Shown: one piece after another, positions 26,518-36,089 of the stretch
How positions within the stretch are numbered: the stretch's first letter is position 1
Layout of the letters: every line of letters begins with the position of its first letter
Virus record (IMG/VR): IMGVR_UViG_3300045747_000527
Coordinates: 32,001-96,000 of that record
Strand: one strand, 5' to 3'
Length of the DNA stretch: 64,000 bases
DNA from: a virus
The notes under the pieces: generated by a model
The model's database searches: none
What the model saw: only the letters and a program-made list of their open reading frames with translations
What the model was told of the DNA's origin: nothing
Position numbers and translations under genes: made by a program

Positions 26518-26995
26518 AGAGCCCTCGTTCGCCGCGAAGGTTGTTCGCAAATTCAAAGAGGCAGAGGACCGACTAACCCAGTTCATGCGAGACCCCGATG
26601 TGCGTGAACTACTTCAGCAGTACCACGATCTGGTACTTCAGAGAAATGAGCAACTCGGTGAGGCAGTTCGAGCAGTAAAATCCGAACTGTCTCGTTCCGA
26701 CCGCGCCAAACTGCTCATCGAAGGCATCGGCGCACAGAAGAAGTACGGGTACAAGTACGATATCGACCACTTACGTGCCTACCTGCCGCCGGAACAGGTA
26801 GCCATGATCATCACGGAAGAGACTGTCTACAACCTAAACGTGGAAGATCTGACCCGGCTCGTACGGCAAAAGGAAATTGACGAAACCATAGTTCGGCAGG
26901 CGTACAAAGAGGCGCCTGCTGGTGTAGCAAGCATGCCAGGGACCCCAAAGGTGTACGAGATGCCGCCCCTGGCACTGGAGGAAGAAGTTGACTAA
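26477..26995 (+). CDS. Hypothetical coiled-coil protein
   Basis: GGAGG RBS; helical N-terminus. Confidence 0.6.
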   Translation: MTSPKNKTLTPKTEEPSFAAKVVRKFKEAEDRLTQFMRDPDVRELLQQYHDLVLQRNEQLGEAVRAVKSELSRSDRAKLLIEGIGAQKKYGYKYDIDHLRAYLPPEQVAMIITEETVYNLNVEDLTRLVRQKEIDETIVRQAYKEAPAGVASMPGTPKVYEMPPLALEEEVD

Positions 26996-27341
26996 GAACA
27001 TAGCAAAGACCCCCGTAAGAGCAGTGGCAGAAGGCAAAGTCACCGCGACAGACAAACGAGAAGGACGGGTTCTGCGTGAGACACCCATTCATGTAGAGGA
27101 GACCTATGACATCATGAACCTGGGTAACGGAGGAGCCGTAGTCTGCAATACCCGCGGCTTCAAGAAGTGGGCGTCAACCCGAGAAAGCGGCCTGACCGTA
27201 GAAGCCACCGTCTCGGTCACGCTAACCTGTAACCAAGACCAGAACACGATTGACCAGGCCGCCGCACTGGCGGGCGGCATGGCCGAGCACCATGCCCGAG
27301 AGGGCATCACAGAAATGAACCAATACTTCGAGGAGCTATAG
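26988..27341 (+). CDS. Hypothetical protein
   Basis: GGAGG RBS; operon packing. Confidence 0.55.
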   Translation: MTKNIAKTPVRAVAEGKVTATDKREGRVLRETPIHVEETYDIMNLGNGGAVVCNTRGFKKWASTRESGLTVEATVSVTLTCNQDQNTIDQAAALAGGMAEHHAREGITEMNQYFEEL

Positions 27342-27344
27342 GCC

Positions 27345-27665
27345 GTGCACGTCACAGAAGAGTGCAAGATCAACGGCATCCGCCTGACCGAGTTCACGTA
27401 CGCGAACATCGCAGGCACTCCAGAGGTTTCCATCACGTACGCACTCACACAGGTAGACCCGAACACAAAAGCCACTACCAACACTCACGGAAAAGTCACT
27501 GCCGTCGGAGGCAACATGTCCGCGTACTCGTGGGAGCTGCTGCTTCGGCTGCTAGCTCACATCGAGAAGGACCTCGCGCCCAGACACTTCACTATCGACC
27601 CCAAGGAGACAGACGATGAACCACGGACTGCTACTTCAGGACCAGAAGAAACTCCTCAAATTTAA
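27345..27665 (+). CDS. Hypothetical protein
   Basis: AGGAG RBS; operon packing. Confidence 0.55.
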   Translation: MHVTEECKINGIRLTEFTYANIAGTPEVSITYALTQVDPNTKATTNTHGKVTAVGGNMSAYSWELLLRLLAHIEKDLAPRHFTIDPKETDDEPRTATSGPEETPQI

Positions 27666-28776
27666 CAGCGTGTATGAGGAGGTTACGCGCAAGGCTGATC
27701 TGAATCTACCTGATGTCACAATCGAGATGACCAAGGTTAAGATCGCAAATACCGGCGCCGCACAGGACGTCGCCCTAGACGTTCCAGGGCAGGGCACCTT
27801 CTGCATGACCCACTGGGCGCGCAGCCAAATGGGCTCCTACCTGGGCATCCAGTGGGACAAGTGGTTCAATCCCAAAGCCGTCAACTCCAGAGACATTCAA
27901 GAGGAAGTGCAGAAGCGCTTCCGCCAAAGCGGAGAAAGTAAAAAGCTGCGCCTCTGCCGGTTCAACGGAGCCGAGGCAGACGCCAAGCTGAAGAAGACCG
28001 GCTACGATGGCTACGTTCGCGCAGTCCTCGGTCCCACGTACGCATCCATTGACGACGTCCGCGTTTTCGACCGCATCGCCAAGTCCTTCAGGAACCAGCT
28101 GGACAGTGTCCACTTCATGAAGAACCACATGAGCAAGACGAGTCACTGGGGTAACGATCACTGCACCTACTACAGCATGATCGGAGAGCCCGTCAACCTC
28201 GGGCCCATCGACCGACTCAACTCCAATGTGGCAGTCCGACGTATCTACGATCTGGCTGAGCGAGAGGGCAAGTTGCCCGATGCTGACTGGGTCTACCCAG
28301 GCTTCCAACTACGAAACAGCGAAGTCGGGTACACCGCGGTCCAAATCAACGAATTCCTGTTCCGCCTGGTTTGCCTGAACGGGGCCATCATCTGCACAGG
28401 TGAGTCCAAACTGATGTACCGGACTCACAGGCCTATCGAAGATGTGATCTTAGACCAGCAACTGCATGCAGTATTCTCCGGCGCTCCAGCTCGATGGAAA
28501 CTCACGGAGAAGAACATCAAGATCTTGTCAGGCATCGTGCTCCAGAACCCAGTCGCAGAACTGGAGCACCAACTACTGAAGATGGACGTCCCCAAGTCCT
28601 TCATCAAGCTGGCCACGGAAGCGTTCGAGAAAGAGCCGCTGCCCACCATGTACGGCGTGCTTCAGGCCATCACCCGAGCCGCACAGCAAGAAGAGGACAT
28701 GGACAAGCGCTTCGACTTGGAGAGCTTGGGCGGTCGCCTCATCAACAGCGCACCCCGTCTGCAAGCTGCGGCGTAA
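27616..28776 (+). CDS. DUF932-like phage protein
   Basis: LRNSEVG...INEFLFRLVCLNGAI...HR and TMYGVLQAITRAAQ resemble the DUF932/phage-plasmid family. Confidence 0.6.
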   Translation: MNHGLLLQDQKKLLKFNSVYEEVTRKADLNLPDVTIEMTKVKIANTGAAQDVALDVPGQGTFCMTHWARSQMGSYLGIQWDKWFNPKAVNSRDIQEEVQKRFRQSGESKKLRLCRFNGAEADAKLKKTGYDGYVRAVLGPTYASIDDVRVFDRIAKSFRNQLDSVHFMKNHMSKTSHWGNDHCTYYSMIGEPVNLGPIDRLNSNVAVRRIYDLAEREGKLPDADWVYPGFQLRNSEVGYTAVQINEFLFRLVCLNGAIICTGESKLMYRTHRPIEDVILDQQLHAVFSGAPARWKLTEKNIKILSGIVLQNPVAELEHQLLKMDVPKSFIKLATEAFEKEPLPTMYGVLQAITRAAQQEEDMDKRFDLESLGGRLINSAPRLQAAA

Positions 28777-28877
28777 ACAGCAACCGATAGTGGGTATACC
28801 GGGGTGGTGGCCCCGTATCTAGTGCCTTGACCAGGGCTAGGTATGGGGCCACACCCCGGTTTCCTCAAAGGAGTATC

Positions 28878-30365
28878 ATGGCCGCATCCGTAGACCTAAA
28901 GTTGATCGCCAAGATTGCAGACGTAGGAGAGATCAAGTCGGTCATTGACGCCGGCATCACGGTGGACAAATTCAAAGACCAAGACGCCCGCCTTATGTTT
29001 GGCTTCGTTCTGAACTACTACAAGAACAGAAAGACGATGGGGAACATCCCCACCCGTGCATTGCTGGAGGACCACTACCCAACGGTAGACCTACCTCCAT
29101 CAGATCGGTTGACTCTGAGCTCCGCTATCGATGAGTTTCTGCACACAGACCTGAAAGCTCGTGTAAGCAAGCTCAATGATTACGTCTCTGACTGGGCGGA
29201 TAGCCCGCTGATAATGCTGCCCAAGGCGCAGCAGATGATCAACGACATGCTCAAGGACAAGCGCTCCAGCGTTGACATCGTAGTCGCAGAAGCCGTACTT
29301 GAGGCCCAGCAGCGCTATGAAGAAGCTAAATTCCGTGACGTGCTCAAGGGCATCCCGTACCCCTGGAAGATCTTAAACACAGAGACACAGGGCGCGCAAA
29401 ACGGCGAGTACATCATCTTCTACGGCAGACCCAAGAGCCTCAAGACATTCATAGGGCTCAAGGTATCCGTGCACGCCTACGAGTTCGCTGACAGAAGGAT
29501 ACTCATCTACACCAGAGAGATGAGCCCGCAGCAGATGATGGACCGGGTAATCTGCATGCTCATCCACGCGCCGTACGATGCGTTTAAGAAGGGGTACCTC
29601 CACCAAATACCGAATGAATTTGGGGGCACCAAAGAAGACGAGTTCTACGCGCTGATGGGGGCGATCAAAGAAGACGAGAACATGCTGGCTATCGGCGACA
29701 AGCACAAAACGATAGTGATCACCAGCGATAGGCAAGACAAAGATGGCGGCGGTGTCTCCGGCCTCCGCAGAAAAATAGAGGACCACCGCCCAGACCTGGC
29801 TTTCGTAGACGCCGTGTACTTGATGCGCAATGACCGCAGCGGTGTGCGTTCCGTGAAGTGGTCAGACCAGGCCGGCATTTCACAAGATCTAAAGGAAGTC
29901 GCCCAAGACTTCAACATCCCCCTGGTTGCCACACTCCAGGCAAACCGCGGCAGCGAAAACAACAAAGGCGAGAGCGCAGCAAACATGTCCTTCAGCGACT
30001 CGTACGCACAAGATTGTGACCTCGCCATAGAGATCATAAAGAAGAAAATCGACCCGCTCCACAACGAGTTGGCCCTTGCCATCACGGCGTCTAGGGAGAC
30101 CAACATGTCCGGCTTCGCTATCCACGGTAACCCGTGCGAGAACTTCGACATCCTGGAGAAACCCGTACTAGACAGACACGGCGAAATTGTGATCGGGCAT
30201 AACGGCCAACCCATGCTAGAGCCGGTCATCTTCCACGACACCGCTGACATCTGGAAGATGTTCAAGAAGGATGAGGACAAGTCCTATAGCGCCAAGAACC
30301 ACCTGGACCACCTGTCGAGTTCGGTCACGAATGCGAACGTCAGGGAACACAAAGCAAGGGGGTAG
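28878..30365 (+). CDS. dnaB: Replicative DnaB-like helicase
   Basis: Walker A-like YGRPKSLKT, VDAVYLM, LKEVAQDFNIPLVATLQANR, YAQDCD; adjacent to primase. Confidence 0.8.
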   Translation: MAASVDLKLIAKIADVGEIKSVIDAGITVDKFKDQDARLMFGFVLNYYKNRKTMGNIPTRALLEDHYPTVDLPPSDRLTLSSAIDEFLHTDLKARVSKLNDYVSDWADSPLIMLPKAQQMINDMLKDKRSSVDIVVAEAVLEAQQRYEEAKFRDVLKGIPYPWKILNTETQGAQNGEYIIFYGRPKSLKTFIGLKVSVHAYEFADRRILIYTREMSPQQMMDRVICMLIHAPYDAFKKGYLHQIPNEFGGTKEDEFYALMGAIKEDENMLAIGDKHKTIVITSDRQDKDGGGVSGLRRKIEDHRPDLAFVDAVYLMRNDRSGVRSVKWSDQAGISQDLKEVAQDFNIPLVATLQANRGSENNKGESAANMSFSDSYAQDCDLAIEIIKKKIDPLHNELALAITASRETNMSGFAIHGNPCENFDILEKPVLDRHGEIVIGHNGQPMLEPVIFHDTADIWKMFKKDEDKSYSAKNHLDHLSSSVTNANVREHKARG

Positions 30366-30368
30366 CTT

Positions 30369-31436
30369 ATGCTGAGGGACGTGATCATGCAGGAGCTGCC
30401 CAAGCTCCTGCGTTTCGTCAAGCCATCAGGCACCAACAACATGGGTGGGCCCTGCCCGTTCCACAAAGGCGGTGAAGAGAAGACCCCGTCATTCTACGTC
30501 AACGTGAACAACGGACTCTACTTCTGCCACTCGTGCGGCGTCCGCGGCACCTTCGTACAACTGCTCAAGAACCTCGGAGCCAGGGCAGACAAAATAGAAC
30601 TGCTCACCCAACTCGCAGCAGAAGAACAGGACGCCGAGAAACCAAAGAAAGCCCTGGACCACAGAGCCACCCACACCATCAGCGAGGCAATCCTAGGAGC
30701 GTTGGACTTCTGCCCCGAAGAGCTCCTTCAGGTAGGGTTCGACATGACCTTGCTACACGACCTGGACGTGGGGTTCGACAAAGAACTCAGTCGGATCACA
30801 TTCCCCATCCGGGACGTCTATGGCACCTTGGTAGGTATCTCTGGCCGCACAGTCATCGACGCCTGGCCCAGATACCTGGTGTACCGACCCCAGGACCTAG
30901 CCAAGTTTGCCCCAGCAGACGAGCCAGCAAAGTACGCCGGCCACCAACTGAAAAACCATGACCACGTGTGGAATCTACACAACGTGTACCCAAGCCTCTT
31001 CTACGGCGACCTGGACGCGGTCATCGTGGTGGAGGGGTATAAGGCGTGTATCTGGATGATTCAGCAGGGGTTCACCAACACCGTCGCCCTCATGGGCAGC
31101 CGCATGACGTGGAAACAGGAAGCACTGCTCACGAAATTCAGCGGCTCCGTCTTTCTCTGCCTTGACAACAACGAGGCAGGGTGGAACGGTACCTTTGAAA
31201 CGGGCCGAGCTCTAGCACGGCACGGCCAAGATGTTTGGGTGTTCCGGTATCCATTCGACTCAACCGAGGGCGCCCAGCCAGATAACTTAGACGCGAACGA
31301 AATTAAAGAAGGCCTCGACACATCGTCACCATTTGCAACTTGGAGAAGAAAAAATGCACTACTCATCGGCAGACCGCAAGTCACTATCGACACAGATCGG
31401 AGCGTTCGTCTCAGCAAACAAGAGCGGGGGTCTTAG
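30369..31436 (+). CDS. dnaG: DNA primase (CHC2 Zn finger plus Toprim)
   Basis: CPFH...TPSF...FCHSC; ITFPI; VVEGYKA; LCLDNNEAG; PDNLD. Confidence 0.9.
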   Translation: MLRDVIMQELPKLLRFVKPSGTNNMGGPCPFHKGGEEKTPSFYVNVNNGLYFCHSCGVRGTFVQLLKNLGARADKIELLTQLAAEEQDAEKPKKALDHRATHTISEAILGALDFCPEELLQVGFDMTLLHDLDVGFDKELSRITFPIRDVYGTLVGISGRTVIDAWPRYLVYRPQDLAKFAPADEPAKYAGHQLKNHDHVWNLHNVYPSLFYGDLDAVIVVEGYKACIWMIQQGFTNTVALMGSRMTWKQEALLTKFSGSVFLCLDNNEAGWNGTFETGRALARHGQDVWVFRYPFDSTEGAQPDNLDANEIKEGLDTSSPFATWRRKNALLIGRPQVTIDTDRSVRLSKQERGS

Positions 31437-32310
31437 TAGGGGATCGGCCCTCAATATCCGCTGGAGCAGCTGGTTCAAACCGCCGCTAGCCAAGACAACA
31501 AAGGCTCGCTTGATCCCAGGCGAATACGCTTGCCTAGACGGAGAAACCCACGACTTCTACCAGTACGTTGAGGTGTACTGCGCATCCGTGAAGAAGAGCT
31601 ACGTCAGCTCCGCGCAGTTCAAACTCAACCGAGGGATGCTGGAGAAGGTAGCTGGAGAAGACATCGGCTGGGATATCTTCAAGGAAGAGGTGGACAAAGG
31701 AGTCGAACGCGATCACCGCAGCGTGTCTGTGCGGCTGATGAACGTGTTCACCCTCATCCACTTGGTCAACTACCACCTCGTTCCAGTAGAGGACGAAAGT
31801 GGCAACCCCAAGACGTACACCCGTGGCCCCAAGACAGGGGAATTCATGATGTCCCGCGAACTGTGCGTAGGGGCTGGGTGCAGCTACTGCGAGCAGCAGG
31901 ACGAAATGGTCTTCGGCAAGCGCCTGCACTGGAGTCTGGGGCAAGGCCACCTGGAACAACTGGGTGGGTTTGCGCGCACCATTGCGAGCAACTGCGCTTC
32001 ATGCGGTGGGGAAGAAACCATCGCAGACCCCGATGCCCCCAAGCCAACCTGCTCACAGTGCGGGGAAGCCACCCCACTGAGCATCTTTGACTGCGACATC
32101 AGCGTCAAACGAGAAGGAAAAGGAACCAAGTCAGCCATCCAGGTTGCGCGGTTCAAGCAAACCGAACTCTCTGAAGAACTGACCGATATGGCAAAGCCGT
32201 TCGACTTCAAGGAGATCTTTGCGCCTGACCCGGTAGAGATTCAGGCCAAGCTCCTGCGAGTACGCGTGCAGCCTGAAGCCCGCGGCGCCCACGCTCGGGA
32301 CTACGCGTAG
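31354..32310 (+). CDS. Putative single-stranded DNA-binding protein with Zn ribbons
   Basis: Between primase and polymerase. CDISVKREGKGTKSAIQV resembles gp32/gp2.5-type SSB cores. CxxxCxxC and CxxC pairs. Confidence 0.55.
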   Translation: MHYSSADRKSLSTQIGAFVSANKSGGLSRGSALNIRWSSWFKPPLAKTTKARLIPGEYACLDGETHDFYQYVEVYCASVKKSYVSSAQFKLNRGMLEKVAGEDIGWDIFKEEVDKGVERDHRSVSVRLMNVFTLIHLVNYHLVPVEDESGNPKTYTRGPKTGEFMMSRELCVGAGCSYCEQQDEMVFGKRLHWSLGQGHLEQLGGFARTIASNCASCGGEETIADPDAPKPTCSQCGEATPLSIFDCDISVKREGKGTKSAIQVARFKQTELSEELTDMAKPFDFKEIFAPDPVEIQAKLLRVRVQPEARGAHARDYA

Positions 32311-32314
32311 TAAC

Positions 32315-32374
32315 AGAACCTGGCCCCTCGAAATGATGAGGCGTCTGTCCACTGTGGACGGGGGCCAGGGTTCT
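32315..32374 (+). promoter_or_regulatory. Structured intergenic RNA element abutting the polA RBS
   Basis: AGAACC-TGGCCCC (32315-27) pairs with GGGGCCA-g-GGTTCT (32361-74) and encloses the GTCCA-CTG-TGGAC hairpin. Confidence 0.45.
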
Positions 32375-32387
32375 CTATGGAGAAGAC

Positions 32388-35060
32388 ATGGCTCAGATAT
32401 TCCAACGAAAGCCGCCGACCATCTGGGTAGACAGTGCAGAGCAAATGGTTGAGGTGGTAGACCACGTACGCTCCACCGGAGAGTGCGCGCTAGACACCGA
32501 GACTACTGGACTTAACCTGTGGAGTGATCACATAGTTGTTTGGTCCCTGTGCCCAGACATCAACACTAGGTACTGCCTGTCCAGAGAGATGCTGGACATC
32601 TACGATATGGAGCTGGCTCCAGATCCTGGCATCACATGGTACCTTACGCGCCTATCGTACGACTTCTGCATGCTCCGCAACTCAGGAGCCAGCCCGCCCG
32701 TAGGAAACAGCTTCTGCACGCTAGCTATGGACTGGCTCTACGACGAGAACCGCCAAGGCACGCATGGCCTGAAGGAGACCGCCACCCAGTACTGCGACAT
32801 GCCGATGACGGACTTCAAGGAGACATTTGCCAAGAAGAAAGGTGAAACACTGCCTGAAGCATTTGCCCGCACCTTGATAGAAGACTTTGATAAGGCAATT
32901 GACTACGCATCAAACGACGCGTGGGCTACCTTCCGAGTCTTCAAGGCTCTCCGTAAAAGGCTCAAAGCTCAGTCCAACAGCCTGGGGCAAAACCTGTGGG
33001 ACTACTTCTGCGAAATAGAGATGCCCTACTCCCGCACTCTGTACAACATGATCCAGCGGGGCATCAGGATAGACAAACCGTACCTAGACTCGCTAGTGCC
33101 CAAGATGGAGAAGGACATCGCACGGTACGAGCGTAAGATCACCAAGATAGCTGGAAAAGAAATCAACCTGCGCAGCGTACAGCAGATGCGCTGGCTACTC
33201 TACGACAAACTCGGACTACCCGTCATCAAGCGCACCAAGGGTGGCAAGACCGGAGCCAAAGAGCCATCTACGGACGAGGACGTGCTCACGAAGTATGCAG
33301 AAGATGGCAATGAAATCTGTACGACTATTATCGAGATGCGAGGAATCTCCAAGGCACTGGGTACCTACGTAAAGGGCTTGCCCAAGCACGCTGACAGGGA
33401 GAACCGCATCCACCCGATGCTCAACCAGCACGTTACAGTCACCGGCCGCCTGTCTTCGACCGAACCCAACCTGCAGAACATACCGAAGTCTGAGGGAGAC
33501 GTGTACAGGCTACGCGAGGCGTTCATCCCACGCGACAGTTACATCTTCCTCGTGTTCGACTACGCCCAGCTGGAGATCAGAATCCTCGCGCACATGGCGC
33601 AAGAACCTAACATGATTGAAGTCATCAACAAAGGTTGGGACGTTCACATGGGTACTGCCAGCCTCATGTTCGGTCACTCGTACGAGGATATCGCAGCCGC
33701 GGTAAAGAAGAAGAAGAGAATATCAGCCGCGCTTGAAAAGCTGAAAGCCAAGAAGCCGCTCAGCATGGAGGAGTCCGAGTTCGCCCAGATGGTCCTGACC
33801 GCAGTCGAAGAGGAAATGCTCTTCGCCAGGACAGCCAGCAAGGCAATCGGCTTCGGTAGACCGACGTGTTAGGCCGAAGTAAAACCCACTCAAAACGGGG
33901 AAACCTAAGTGCGAGAGCATAAGGCAATCCCGTGCTGCCCTACCGAGGGTAGTGTATCGACTTGGACACCGGAGGGTGTCCTCAACAGGAAGCTTGGACA
34001 ACCAAGCAGCGTAGTCATTCGCGTTTTCCTGTTGATACGGTGGGTGAAGAGTATAGGATTTGGAATGTGGCAGCTAAGCAGCTCAGCGTCAAGTGCATCG
34101 ATTGCGGCAGATCGTTCAGGCGTACCGGGTACAACCACAAACGGTGTAAACGGTGCGCAAGAACGAACCACCTCAAGAAGTGCAAAGAACGCTGGCACAG
34201 AACGTACGAGAAAAAAGGCTATGATCAGTTGGGGCCTAAGAACAACGCGTGGAAAGGCGGCTCATGGAGCTACTACACCCGCATTGCGCGTAAAGCCTAC
34301 GGTGATAAGTGCAACAGGTGTGAGAAAAAAGCCGTGCTCACACACCACAAAGATCTCAATCACCGCAACAACGACCTCAGTAACCTCGAACGTCTGTGTA
34401 AAAGATGCCATCAAGTCTATGCGCACAAGTGCGCCCGAAACCTTCCTCAGTTTCGGAACTCTTCAAAGGGATAGTCAGTACCCAGGGAAACCTGGGATCA
34501 GTACGCTACTATATGGTGAGGGCGTCAAGAAGTTGGCTCACACGCTGGGCGTGACAGTAGAACGTGCCCGAGAATTGGTACAAATGTTCTTCGAGCCGTA
34601 CCCCCACATCAGAAACTACATAGACCTGTGCCACCGCAAGGCCCACGTAGACCACTACATCGAGACCCTGATGGGCCGTCCTCGACGGTTCCCCGCCATG
34701 GATGCTATCGGAGGCCTGTCTTGGCACCAGCTAAGCAAGATGAAGAACGGGGGAGAAATAAAGGGTCAGATCGCTCGCATGGAACGGCAATCGGTGAACT
34801 CCTCTATTCAAGGAGGCGCCGCAGACATCGTACGTAGAGCGCAAAACCTGTGTGAGTACGACCCACACCTCATTGAGATGGACGTACGCATGCTCCTGCA
34901 GGTACACGACGAATTGATCTTTGAGATCCCAGAAGAAAACGCAGAAGAGGCAATGCCCATCATCAAATACCACATGGAGCACCCTCTACCCTTCGAGCTA
35001 TCCGTTCCGCTGATCGTTGACGGCGGGTTGGGACACTCGTGGGCGAAGGCAAAAGGCTGA
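32388..35060 (+). CDS. polA: Family A DNA polymerase (3'-5' exo plus pol). Exon 1 32388-33857, exon 2 34506-35060
   Basis: ExoI LDTETTG, TGRLSSTEPNLQNIP, motif A DYAQLEIR, spliced motif B ASKAIGFG|LLYG, VNSSIQGGAAD, motif C QVHDEL. Confidence 0.95.
33858..34505 (+). mobile_element. Group I intron (IA2-like) in polA
   Basis: P1 exon CUUCGGU pairs with GCCGAAG (33873-79) giving the U.G splice pair. P3 ACCCAC/GUGGGU, P7 GACU/AGUC, P7.1 GGACACC/GGUGUCC, P8 GAAGAGU/ACUCUUC, P9 CCCAGG-GAAA-CCUGGG; terminal G at 34505. Confidence 0.9.
34067..34474 (+). CDS. Intron-encoded HNH homing endonuclease (in loop L8)
   Basis: AGGA RBS plus GTG at 34067; CNRC...THHKDLNHRNNDLSNLERLCKRCH; N-terminal CxxC pairs. 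Confidence 0.85.
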   Translation: MAAKQLSVKCIDCGRSFRRTGYNHKRCKRCARTNHLKKCKERWHRTYEKKGYDQLGPKNNAWKGGSWSYYTRIARKAYGDKCNRCEKKAVLTHHKDLNHRNNDLSNLERLCKRCHQVYAHKCARNLPQFRNSSKG

Positions 35061-35064
35061 TCAA

Positions 35065-35304
35065 ATGGCGCGAGAAACAAGCAAGGTCACCTTTCTGGGA
35101 CTAGGTCCAGGAGACCTACAAGAGATCGTACTGGATGTCATGTACGTGGCGGGAGGATTCGCTAGAGGTCCTGATGGCCTCTGCGCATTTTGCCACGGAG
35201 ATCCGTGTGATGAAGACTCACCAAAAGACAGCCTAATCGCTAAGTACTTCGCCACAGCGCACAGCCCCTCAAGCTGTCCTGTGTGTGAAGGTATGGCGAG
35301 CTAA
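35065..35304 (+). CDS. Small Cys/His-rich protein
   Basis: CAFCHGDPC...CPVC; ATG 5 nt after the polA stop. Confidence 0.55.
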   Translation: MARETSKVTFLGLGPGDLQEIVLDVMYVAGGFARGPDGLCAFCHGDPCDEDSPKDSLIAKYFATAHSPSSCPVCEGMAS

Positions 35305-35316
35305 CAAGGAGAGCCG

Positions 35317-35754
35317 ATGGAACTGCTGGACATCGTTTGCGAGGTCTCGAAGCGCACGCGGTACACCCGCAGAGAAGTACGTAAGCTACTTCGTGTAGCA
35401 GCCACGATCATCAAAGAGGAGCTGGGCCAAGGCAGGAACGTATCATGGCGCGGATTAGGGCAGTTCGAGAATGCCTACCGTGGTTACCGTACTGGGAGAG
35501 ACCCCAAGACCAAAGGTAAAACAACCATGTACGTTCCTCCTGGCCGGCGACTGAAGTTCGTACCAAGTGATGAGCTGATAGAGCTGGTCAAAAAGTCAAC
35601 CAAGTACTTCGCAGAGACAGACCCCAAAGCACGTTACCTACCTAAGGAGATCGCTAATGTCGATGGACAAATACGCAGTGGAACTGGACCAAGAGAAACT
35701 GGCCAAGATAGAGAAAGAGAAGATAGCGGCTGGCAAGACGCCCTCTTCGACTGA
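35317..35754 (+). CDS. HU/IHF-like DNA-binding protein with C-terminal extension
   Basis: VSWRGLGQFE...RTGRDPKT...MYVPPGRRLKFVPSDEL. Confidence 0.8.
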   Translation: MELLDIVCEVSKRTRYTRREVRKLLRVAATIIKEELGQGRNVSWRGLGQFENAYRGYRTGRDPKTKGKTTMYVPPGRRLKFVPSDELIELVKKSTKYFAETDPKARYLPKEIANVDGQIRSGTGPRETGQDREREDSGWQDALFD

Positions 35755-35833
35755 CCACCCCAACAGCAACATTCCCCTCGATCCCAAACTCGGAAGTCTC
35801 CCATTCGAGAAGGAGCCGCCCAATGGACGGTAA
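35657..35833 (+). CDS. 58-aa protein overlapping the HU tail
   Basis: AAGGAG RBS; MSMDKYAVELDQEKLAKIEKEKIAAG...GSLPFEKEPPNGR; not in the ORF track. Confidence 0.55.
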   Translation: MSMDKYAVELDQEKLAKIEKEKIAAGKTPSSTDHPNSNIPLDPKLGSLPFEKEPPNGR

Positions 35834-36089
35834 GCTATTCGTAGTGCTATTCAACCTCCAAGAGGAGGACCTGCCCATGGAGGTAGACGACTTGAGCACG
35901 AAGACCATGCCCACTACGGTCATGGCTTCGTCAGCACGGAACGCCGCCCACCAAGCCATAGAGTACCGCGTGGACAGAGGCCAGATTACAGACGAGGACA
36001 CCCTCCAGATAGTCGTTCTTGGTGTCTCAGGCAGAACCGTCAACAAATTCGATGCTCGCAAGGAAGGGTACAACCTGCATGAAGCCTAA
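35823..36089 (+). CDS. Hypothetical protein
   Basis: AAGGAG RBS; operon packing. Confidence 0.55.
   Translation: MDGKLFVVLFNLQEEDLPMEVDDLSTKTMPTTVMASSARNAAHQAIEYRVDRGQITDEDTLQIVVLGVSGRTVNKFDARKEGYNLHEA

Noticed and set aside
28791-28800. GTGGGTATAC upstream of dnaB
   Set aside because: Only a partial core match (TATAC) and no A-tract at the right spacing.
31035-31043. GGGTATAAG inside the primase gene
   Set aside because: It encodes the conserved Toprim EGYK and lacks the upstream A-tract at -21, so it was not counted as a promoter.
32328-32345. GAAA...TGATGAG resembling a hammerhead ribozyme core
   Set aside because: Lacks CUGANGA, and the order and pairing of the core elements do not fit.
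33909-35060. 383-aa ORF in the track read as an independent gene
   Set aside because: Only 34506-35060 is polA exon 2; the upstream part is read-through of intron sequence.
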